From NCBI RefSeq assembly GCF_902652985.1, contig NC_047017.1, forward strand, positions 22,444,001 to 22,508,000: a DNA stretch of 64,000 bases, written 5' to 3'. The notes beneath the pieces were generated by a model. It was not told where the DNA came from, did not search any database, and saw only the letters and a program-made list of their open reading frames with translations. This document shows positions 26,271 through 37,300 of the stretch, piece by piece. Numbering within the stretch: position 1 is the first letter of the stretch; every line of letters starts with the position of its first letter. The stretch is from Pecten maximus. Lineage: Eukaryota. A program made the translations under genes and the position numbers.

Positions 26271-26590
26271 GCATCACTGACGAGTCCTAAAAGGACAAAA
26301 CACTTGTATAGTGCAAGTATAACTTGTCTTTTGAAATCCTTTGATGTTCTTGCTTACCAATTGCTACTGGATTCCATCGCATTAGGCCCTAGGCATCACT
26401 GATGAGTCCTAGGACAAAAAAGCTGTATGATGTCCCTAGCATCACTGACGAGTCCTAGAAGGACAAAAAAGCTGAATGATGTCCCTAGCATCACTGACGA
26501 GTTCCAGAAGGATGACACAGCTATATGATGTCCCTAGCATCACTGACGAGTCCCAGAACGATGAAACAGCTGTATAACATCACTGACGAA
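26271..26590 (+). ncRNA. Tandem array of minimal type-I hammerhead ribozyme motifs (5 units plus a partial), individually mutated
   Basis: Consensus GCATCA-CTGA(C/T)GA-GTCC-TAGAA-GGAC-GAAA-C-AGCT-GTA-TGATG: stem I CATCA/TGATG, core CUGANGA and GAAA, stem II GUCC/GGAC, palindromic AGCU loop III, GUA cleavage triplet. Units start at 26271, 26393, 26439, 26488 and 26537. Confidence 0.78.
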
Positions 26591-27248
26591 TGGGAATTTT
26601 AAAACTAGTGAGAAAAAGTGAGGCATTTTAGTTTTTGTGAATTGTTTATTTATTACAGCAAACAACTCGTGGCGGACGGATATATATACTGTACAAGCAA
26701 ATATAAAATCCATACCGAAGTGTATCTTACAGTAGCAACAGTAGCAACGTAGAATGGTCCACAACACATGAGACATCATTTGTCAGCTTTTTTGTACATT
26801 GTTGTACATTAAAACTTCAAATAGGAAAACATTCATTTTTTGATATGGTGTGCTGCATTACAGTATCAAACCACAATTTAGTCACATACATTAACATATA
26901 CACTAGTCAGTTTAATGTGATTGTTAATCAGTTGAAATTCAAATTGACATTTTTTTTCAATATGATATATTCTCTTCTGCTTCAGACGAACATATGTATA
27001 TAACACATCAATCTAAGATAAACTAATATTTGCATAAATACTGAACAGTTATAGCAAGTTAAAATCATTTACAAATCTGACATGCGGAACGGTTCAAAAG
27101 CAGGTGTTAAAACGCAAGGACTGACAACACAGACGGAAAACAATTAATTAATTGATAATACAATGTAAAATTTACAAATAAAAAAAATAATAAAAACCCA
27201 AAAAACAAAGAAATATTACTGATGTCAGAAAATCATTTTGTAAATGCA

Positions 27249-29281
27249 ACAAGAGGCCCAAAGGGCCTTAACGGTCACCTGAGATTTGAAATATTTCAGC
27301 CAACTAAATTGACCCTTTTTGGCCCCACCCATCAGTCCTAATGGGGTCAGTCTATGAAGAGTATTTGATTCTAACATATAGTAGATAAGAAGATTTTTGA
27401 AATTTCAGTCAATTTGACCCTTTTTGGCCCCGCCCACCAGCCCCTGGGAGTCAACCGGGGCCAACATGTACATAACATCAAACTGTAATCCCATGCTGAT
27501 AATTTGAACCAAGTTAGAATGAATTCCAATACAAATCCAACAAATAATAGTCAAAAATGTGATTTCCCTATATAAACTATAGTAAAGTTTACCCCCTCCC
27601 CAGGGGCAAACGTGAGACCCCAGGGTCATGAAATTCACAATTTTGGTAAAGCACCTTAAGACCCTTCCATCTATGAAGAGTATTTGATTCTGCCATATAT
27701 CTGAGAGTAGGGAAGAAGATTTTTGAAATTTTAGTCAATTTGACCCTTTTTGGCCCCGCCCACCAGCCCCTGGGGGTCAACTAGGGCCAACATGTACATA
27801 CCATCAAAGTATCATCCCATGCTGATAATTTGATACAAGTTAGAATGAATTCCAATACAAATCCAACAAATAATAATCAAAAATGTGATTTCCCTATATA
27901 AACTATAGTAAAGTTTACCCCCTCCCCAGGGGCAAACGTGACCCCAGGGTCATGAAATTCACACTTTTGGTAAAGCACCTGAAGAGCCTTCCATCTATGA
28001 AGAGTATTTGATTCTAACATATCTGAGAGTAGAGAAGATTTTTGAAATTTCAGTCAATTTGACCCTTTTTGGCCCCGCCCACCAGCCCCTGGGGGTCAAC
28101 TAGGGCCAACATGTACATACCATCAAAGTATCATCCCATGCTGATAATTTGATACAAGTTAGAATGAATTCCAATACAAATCCAACAAATAATAATCAAA
28201 AATGTGATTTCCCTATATAAACTATAGTAAAGTTTACCCCCTCCCCAGGGGCAAACGTGAGACCCCAGGGTCATGAAATTCACACTTTTGGTAAAGCACC
28301 TGAAGAGCCTTCCATCTATGAAGAGTATTTGATTCTAACATATCTGAGAGTAGAGAAGATTTTTGAAATTTCAGTCAATTTGACCCTTTTTGGCCCCGCC
28401 CACCAGCCCCTGGGGGTCAATCAGGGCCAATATGTACATAACATCAAACTGTAATCCCATGCTGATAATTTGAACCAAGTTAGAATTAATTCCAATACAA
28501 ATCCAACAAATGATAGTCAAAAATGTGATTTCCCTATATAAACTATAGTAAAGTTTACCCCCTCCCCAGGGGCAAACGTGAGACCCCAGGGTCATGAAAT
28601 TCACAATTTTAGTAAAGCACCTTAAGACCCTTCCATCTATGAAGAGTATTTGATTCTACCATATCTGAGAGTAGAGAAGAAGATTTTTGAAATTTTAGTC
28701 AATTTGACCCTTTTTGGCCCCGCCCACCAGCCCCTGGGGGTCAATTAGGGCCAACATGTACATACCATCAAACTGTCATCCCATGCTGATAATTTGATAC
28801 AAGTTAGAATGAATTCCAATGCAAATCCAACAAATAATAGTCAAAAATGTGATTTCCCTATATAAACTATAGTAAAGTTTACCCCCTCCCCAGTGGCAAA
28901 CGTGAGACCCCAGGGTCATGCAATTCACAATTTTGGTAAAGCACCACAAGACCCTTTCATATATAAAGAGTGTTTGACTCCACCATATCTGAGAGTAAAG
29001 AAGAAGATTTTTGAAGTTTTAGTCAATTTGACCCTTTTTGGCCCCACCCCTCAGGCCCCTGGGGGGTGGGGACCATATAATTCACAATTTTGGTTGACCT
29101 TCAGCCATAGAAACTTTCTGCCAAATTTCATTGAATTTTGTTAAGTGGTTTTGGAGAAGAAGTCGAAAATGTAAAAAGTTTACCGACGGACGACGCACGA
29201 CGGACGACGGACGACGGACGACGACGGACAAAAGGCGATTAGAATAGGTCACTTGAGACTTCGTCTCAGGTGACCTAAAAA
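27249..29281 (-). mobile_element. Non-autonomous Helentron/HINE-like element (family A), young copy with ~5 full internal ~322-bp repeats
   Basis: Inverted copy of 608-1845: ACAAGAGGCCCAAAGGGCCTTAACGGTCACCTGAG ... CTCAGGTGACCTAAAAA, with a (GAC/GGAC)n microsatellite at 29185-29230. AGTCAATTTGACCC recurs at ~27407, 27733, 28052, 28372, 28697 and 29021. Confidence 0.85.
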
Positions 29282-30799
29282 CTAACTTTCCAAATATAAG
29301 TAATTGTAGTCGAAAAAAAAAACAACAAAAAATGCCGACATCGTAACGAAAACAAATGATTATTGCTAAAAACGATAAAGAGCAGTCCAAAAATAAACAT
29401 ATTTACATTTACGTGGTGACATTAAAAAAAAAAAAAAAAGGAAAATAAGACCTGGTGTTCCGGAAGGGTAGTGCGTCTTCCGCTTCATCGATAACAAAAC
29501 ATATAGAATTAATAGATGAAAAGTAAAAATCCGCTCATTTTCTTAATTTTTGATTTTTAAGTTTCGCCTCAAACATAATAACACTCAAACTGAAAAAAGA
29601 CAAAAGCGTGGCCACTCTATATTTCTATATATACTGATCACTTGATTAACTGAAATCGCTTGTTAGACAGATGAATGTGGCTTTCCTTTTGGTCACAGGT
29701 CTTCCTGTATTGGGAATATCACTGATGCTATTACAAAATCAGTATAAAACGGGTATAAATATAATGATATCGAAATTAATGAGATTCACACAGTTGTATT
29801 AATATTTCATAAGCTGTTGTAAACTGTATAAACTTCAATCAAACAAGGCAACACTAATAGACAGAACTTTGAACACCACCAACAAACTTTAAAACAAATT
29901 ACATTATTCAAATAAAACAAACAAATAACGGTACAGCTAAAATCACAAGTACACCGGAAACATGTAGCAAATATCACAAATAAGTTGTATATATTGGAAC
30001 TGTGCAAATAACATAAAAAATACCACAAAAACTGTCGGCCTACAGCAAAAGTAATAATTAATTGAAGAATGTACAATCAAAATGAAAGGCAAATATTGAT
30101 AAGCGATACAATGAATGCAGTGTAATAAATAGTTAACAAAATGAAAACTCCGGAATCACAGAAAATGCCAATAGTAAGAACTGCAAACAGAAATGCAATT
30201 ACGTTTAAATAAATACAACGCAACATAAAAATATTATTGAACCGTATACATGTACACTTCCGGGATTTGGTAGGGGATATCATGATTTGTGATATGGTTT
30301 CCCGGAAAATAACAATATACACCGGAAACGCTCGTGTTCCTGTCCTGAATTCATGTATTTGCTTATTTTTCAACCTTATCTCCAGGAAAAAAAAAATCTT
30401 ATTTCCCTAAACCCATGGATACCACCTGTGTTAAGTGTTGTAGCTGGACGAGATCGGATGTTATACATGGTAGACTGATCCATAACTTGCATATACTCGT
30501 ACGATATTGTGCTTTTGTTAATTAAATCAATATATTCTTTTATACTCTTACGTCATACACATGGTTATCTGAGTTTATTCATTCTTTTTGCTACCCCGCA
30601 GGTACATATTAATGCTCGAAAATTGAATGTTTCTATTGATATAATAATTGTCAGTTGAATTTTTTTCCGTATCGGAGAAGATAAGGCTGCAAATGTCAAC
30701 TCGATTAAAGTTTGTTCAGAGACAATAGATATATATAGGCAATACATGGATTTCATTAAACGATACCCACAATTAAAAAAAAAAAAAAAAAAAATCAAT

Positions 30800-31540
30800 T
30801 CATGGGCCCACTCGGATAGTATTTTCTCTCATCCCTACCGGTATCATACTGGTCTGTCCAGGTAAATACACCCATGCTTGCTGTGTGTGTATTACCCCGC
30901 TTCCGGTGTAGGATAGCCACGCGCGCGCAATGATACAAAAGTAGGTCGCCGAACCGAAAGTAGATCTATCTATAGATTTGTAAACACATCGTCTGCTCCA
31001 TGTTATGTAATCAGATAATAATTTTTTTTATCTATGATATAAATTATGTAAAAAAGACACGTTCTTTTATTGTTTTTTATTAATAAAACATGGAACTATA
31101 TTTTCGCGCGAAAGGACACACTAGCTTGGCCGACATCAAGTGATTTGGCTTCGCTTGCAATGACAGGGCTGCTCAAACAACGTTAGACTGTGGAAATGAA
31201 TGGTTTCCTTCGTTTTTAGAACAGCAAATGTAGTTTGCATATATGGGGTATGGTAAATCTTTTTTTTATTATATGCAGTAGAAAAAAAGTTTGGATTGAG
31301 AAAAAATGGCGTCTATCTGAGAAAGCTATCGACAGATAGTGCCTATTTTTGCATATTTTAGGTTGGGGAATGAGAGAAAAATACTCAATCATATGTGGTT
31401 CATGTAGGATAGGGATATTTCACCCTCTGGGTCACAAAATGTGGTAAAACCCTCGGCGGAGCCTCGGGTTTTACCACATTTTGTGACCCCTCGGGTGGAA
31501 TATCCCTATCCTACATGACCACATATGATAGAGTCTTATA
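30800..31540. mobile_element. Non-autonomous element with 150-bp terminal palindrome (Crypton-like, tentative)
   Basis: 31383-31534 is a near-perfect hairpin centred on CCTCGGCGGAGCCTCGG. GTATTTTCTCTCATCCC (~30818) is inverted relative to GGGAATGAGAGAAAAATAC (~31366). A decayed relative is at 55047-55180. Confidence 0.6.
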
Positions 31541-34353
31541 TTATAACATAGTTATCATTATTATTGATATATTATTATGATACGTAAGGACATTTAAAAC
31601 ATACTAAGTAAGCTGATGAAAATGTAACACATCCCCAAAACAAAACACTCATGGTTACAGTCCATTGGTTCTCTCAACAAATACTCACTGTATATACATA
31701 TGAATCATGCAACTATGACCCTGTGTAAGACACGACAAGAGTGGTAAATCACTTAAAACTGATTGAACCCATTACATTCCTACTAGCAACGTACACTGAC
31801 AAAGGGTATCGCCAATGAATACAACATTTGCTAATAGTAATTCATGCTAGGACAATATAATAAAAATAGGTGAGATATTCATCAACTATCAAAAACGTCT
31901 GTAAGACAAGGTGTAATTGTTTACAAACGTCTTCTGTTGTTATCATATATTAAATATATTACCGTTTTAACTAAGTTTCTTGCTGATAAATAATTATTAA
32001 AATAAGAAGTCCATGAGCTTTAACGATCATCTTACTTTTAGTACTTTTTAGACTCTAGTGCTTTTGTAGTATTCATACTCAGTAGCAAGTACAAGTAAGG
32101 TCCGGACTATCTCATGATCATTTTAAGAATGTCTTAGCTGAATCTCATCTCATTTAAACTTGAGAAGAAAGTTGATATGTCTTCACGAAGGTGACCATAC
32201 ATTTGGTCAGGACCATTTCAGGATAATTCTAGGCAAGTTTGAGCTGAAACCTAAAGATGGAACTTAAGAGGAAATTTGAAATATGTTTTCAAGATGGCAG
32301 CCTTATCGGCTGTCTTGGATTTTGAACCGACCCGAAAAAAATAACAGATGGCCCAAGCCATCTCAGGATCACCTCAGAATCATTGCAAGGTTTAGGTAAA
32401 TGCCACCGATGGAACTTGAAGGACGTTTAAAATAGATGTTGTTCAGGAACGCCATGACAATCGTGTTGTAATATTCCGTGGCTGCTGTGTCATTTTCAAC
32501 AGACCGAAAAATAATAATGCTTTGTCGGATTCCAGTCATTGACGTCCTTACCAATTTCCAGCTCAATATGGCACTAGTAGTATTGGTAAAAAATGAGTTA
32601 ATAATGTGTTTTCAAGATATGAACAGCTATGGAATCTTCGATTTCAGACCGGCTTGAAAAGTATCACTTATTCAGGATCATATCACGATCCTTCCGGTGG
32701 AATGCAAGAGGTGTTCACCTGGCGAAAAAACGACGTTTTGTATACTCTCCTTCATTATCACTTTCACCTCAAGCAACAGCGGATTTGAAGAAAAGGTTTG
32801 AATTTGTTCTTCGAGATGGTGGTCATCTTTGATTTCGAACCGACCAAACAAAAATCAACATTTGGCCAGGATCATTAAAGGAATCCTACTGGTGTAACTT
32901 GAAAGGAAATTTGAAATATGAAAAGTTTACACACAGCGGAAAAATCATGATGGTTATATCGGTTATTTTGACCTTAAATATCATCATTCGCCATATGTAC
33001 ATTCACTTCTATATAATACAACAGTGTACTATCAAACGGTGTACAAGATCAAGTTTCGTAATGATGATATGATTATGTTGTATTTATTATCATTGATTAT
33101 TGATTATAAGCTGTCATACTTGTATGCTTACATATGTGTGAGTTATAAGGCTTCAAGTGAAATAAACATTAATCAGAATAAAATGCATCATCAAATTAGT
33201 TTCAGGAAATATTAAATATGTCATACATGTAATTATTTTGTGTAACTTAAGATTCTAAAGCAAGCTAGAATTGTCGAAATTATCACATGATGCTTACGAT
33301 AGGTATCATTTTTGCATTACCCTGTATGTCATGGAAGTAGTTGATTGAGTTAATTAAAGAATAATTGAGCAATCACTAACATTTTTTTTCGAAGAATCTT
33401 AGTAAATATGTGCGAAACAATACCACGGATTCTGTGCTATTAGACACAGATATTATATCTGTTAAAAGAATTACTACTGACATTTAAATATTATAAAATA
33501 TATAAATTTATCTAATGCTTTGGTCATTACGTAAGCTTAGGTAGTTCTTTCGTGGAAAAAAAGTCCAAAGTCAATTAAAATCAGATTGATGACGAAATAT
33601 TGATGGTCACGTTATATGTAACACAATGGTAAACTGATAGATATGGTGATGTAGTGACGTACCATTAAGCAATAACTTTAGATAACTTTTACTATTCAAA
33701 TAGACTATTGATATCACTAAAACTAAAAAACCAACCTTTGATAACAACGAAAAGTAAAGCAGAACACGAATATTATTAAGGCATTATTATATTTCATTAG
33801 AAGTTGTCAGTTTGAACGATTCAATAAATGATTGTTTATAGTTAATAGTTTGTTTTTGTCGTTTATGAGCTGAGATGCGAATACAAAATTTACAGGATAG
33901 AGTAAAATGTCAATTATTTCAATATGTATCACTTATACATGCAAAATGATATCAATAATTAACTTGAATCATCTAAACCTATCAAAGCACTAACATATTA
34001 TGAAATGGAAATCAAGTTTTATGAAAGTTTATATGGGATAATTGAACTTTGATCTCTATGCCCTTTTAAATTTTTTTGGCATGAATTTTACTCAATGCTA
34101 TTCGATTATCTCAGAATAGAGGCACTATCACTTATTTTCAAAGCGAGAAACAATTATGCTAAATACATGTACATACATTAAACAATGTTGTTAATCAATA
34201 CGGTATCACACAAACAACTAATTTGTCTACAGTTTACATTTTCTTTCGACTTGAGTAACAGCATGTCTAAGAACAGCCAGATCTTGCTTGTTCACTTGAT
34301 ACCTAAGAAAAGGTTACCTCGTTTTTTTGTCTTGTCTCTGCGAGAAACGCGTT

Positions 34354-37300
34354 TCAACATTTCGTGAGGATTGCTGCCATCTTGGCCATAGTTGCGGTGT
34401 TTAGATCACATTCATACAAGCCGCTCTCACTACTGAAAGCCATGTCGACGATAGCACCAAGCTGTCTGAATTCCTTGCCAGTGACACGAAGACTCGTGGG
34501 TGTCAATGATGAGAGATTTTCCTTATTGGTATGGTGGAGCACCAGCACTGTTACATCACTGCCGACTGAGGAAAAGAACCGATTGTAATTAAACAGTTAA
34601 AACAAATTGAAATACATATAAAATACAATACAAATGACATAAGTAACACTCCATTAAGTAATACAAATGAATGTCATAATTCACATCGACTCTTAGGGGT
34701 CCTGAGTTTGATTCCTATAGAAAGCTTATACGAAATAACGACATCTGTTGCATGAACTTAAGATGGAAACGGATTCGTATATGACTGGTGGACAATCTGT
34801 TGCTGAGAGTGAATATTAAATATTTATTTCATCGTTAAAACAAAAACAAAAAATACCTTCATTTGACTATGAATAATGTATGAACTTTGAATAATCGCTA
34901 TTCATCGTTCTGCCATGGTTCTTCAACTTCCGTGTCTCCATGACTCCAATTGCACAACACCAGTTTTTCAAAGTAGTTTTATCATGTATCCTCTAGATAA
35001 TAAATGTTTTGAGAATGTCATTTTTGTTGCTATTACATGTAATTAACTTCTGTTACATAAACTAACCAGTAGTATATAGCTTTACCTTCGATTCCCAATA
35101 GTGCGTCCTGTATGTTTGTTCCAACTCTTGACATGTTCAAACATAACACGACTAGAGGACCTTTCGGAGTGTCGGATCCCTTATGATATAGCTTGACAGC
35201 AAGACTGAACTTTGTCATGTCAATCATCAGCTCTAAACGTTTGGACATTTCTTTCGTCACCATATCAAGCATTGTCTTTCCAATAGAATTACCATACCGT
35301 ATTCCTAAAACTGTAACATAATGTTTATATGGGACAAGTATAATTATGTTTAAGACGAAAGAGTATTTAACATAAAGTTAGGTCCCTCTTTAAACATTGT
35401 AAATATGATTATGCAACGATGACACTCAGAGGTATCAAGTATTTGAGAAACAAAACATATTCAATAGTTTATCAAAGAAGGAAATTAATAATATTATTCT
35501 TTCAAAGCGAAGTCAAATTTGTCATAGTTTGAAGGCTCTATCGTTAATTACCAATTTTGTTAGAGAATAGATATATTTGCAAGACGGGCTAAGTTGTCGT
35601 TTACTCGTATAAAATATCGGAGACAATGGCAATGCATATGACTAATTTCAAAATATTGTAGTGTATATATCATTAACATACCTATATCTTTCTTTTTTGG
35701 TTTTCGTAATTCTAGTATCTCCTCTTTCATATGTTGGATTTCCTCTTCTTTTTCGCCTACGGAAAACAGACACGGGTACAAACAAAAATAATCAAATACA
35801 GTTTCCTGAACTAGTTTCATAACCGAATCAAACTTCAACGGTACAGTTGTTCATGTAAGGGAGTTCCTTTAATGACGTGAAGATGTTTTCTGTAATCATA
35901 TAAATTATTACACTATTATTATCAATAAATTGCCATCACTGAGCAAAACCTTATGTTAATAGTTCTTAAAATTAAAAATCAGTTAAATCAAAGAAAAACA
36001 GCGTTCGAGCAAAAACTGTTGAACGTAACATATCAATAACATTTTAGCTTACAAATATTGTGGTTCAACTCCTCAATGTTGCATGACAGAGAATTGAGAT
36101 CTTTTCTGGATTCAGTTTGCAATCGATCTAAATTCTCTTGTAGTGTTTCATTCTCTTCTTCCAGTGCGTGAACCCTAAACGTCAAACGTTCCTTTTCTTT
36201 CTCATTTTCCTCAAGATCTGACGTCATTTTTGCCTTTTCCCTTTTAAGTGTCTCAACATTTCCTGTCATTCGTTTCTTTTCTTTTTCAAGATCTGACATC
36301 AGATTTGTTTTTTCTCTATGAAGTGTCTCAATATTTCTTGTCAAACTTTCCTTTTCCTCCTCGTTTTTCTCCAGATCTGACTCCAGTTTTTCTTTTTCTT
36401 TTTCTAGTGACTGAACAGTTTTTGTCAAATCTTCATTTTCCTCACTGTATTTCTCCAGATCTGACATCAGTTTTGTTTTTTCTCTTTGAAGTGTCTCAAC
36501 GTTTCTTGTCAAATGTTCCTTTTCTTCCTCGTGTTTTTTCAACTGTGACGCAAGTTTTGATTTTTCTTTTTCTAGTGACTCAACAGTTTTTGTCAAACCT
36601 TCATTTTCATTACCGTATTTCTCCAGATCTGACATCAGTTTTGTTTTTTCTCTTTGAAGTGTCTCAACATTTCTTGTCAAAGCTTCATTTTCCTCACTGT
36701 ATTTCCCCAGCTCTGACGCCAGTTTTGTTTTTTCTCTTTGAAGTGTCTCACCGTTTTTTGTCAAATGTTCCTTTTCTTCCTCGTTTTTTTCCAGGTCTGA
36801 AACCAGTTTTGTATGTTCTTTTTCAAGTGTCTCAACGTTTCTTTTCAAACTTTCCTTTTCTTCCTTGTTTTTCTCCCGATCTGACTCCAGTTTTGTTTTG
36901 TTTTTTTCTAGTGACTGAACAGTTTTTGTCAAAGCTTCATTTTCCTCACTGTATTTCTCCAGATCTGACATCAGTTTTGTTTTTTCTCTTTGAAGTGTCT
37001 CACCGTTTCTTGTCAAATGTTCCTTTTCTTCCTCATTTTTTTCCAAATCTGAAGCCAGTTTAGTTTTTTCTTCTTCTAGTCTCTTAACGGTTCCTGTCAA
37101 ACTCTCATTTTCTTCCTCGTTTTTTTCCAGGTCTGAAACCAGTTTTGTTTTTTCTTTTTCAAGTGACTCAATAGATTTGGTTAAATCTTTATTTTCTTCA
37201 CTGTATTTCTCCAGATTTGACTCCAGTTTTGATTTTTCTTTTTCTAGTGACTCAACAGTTTTTGTCAAACCTTCATTTTCCTCACTGTATTTCTCCAGAT

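Noticed and set aside
34856-34992. Extra AG/GT-bounded minus-strand exon candidate (also 39670-39735)
   Set aside because: In-frame stops in the required phase, and the flanking exons join correctly without it.
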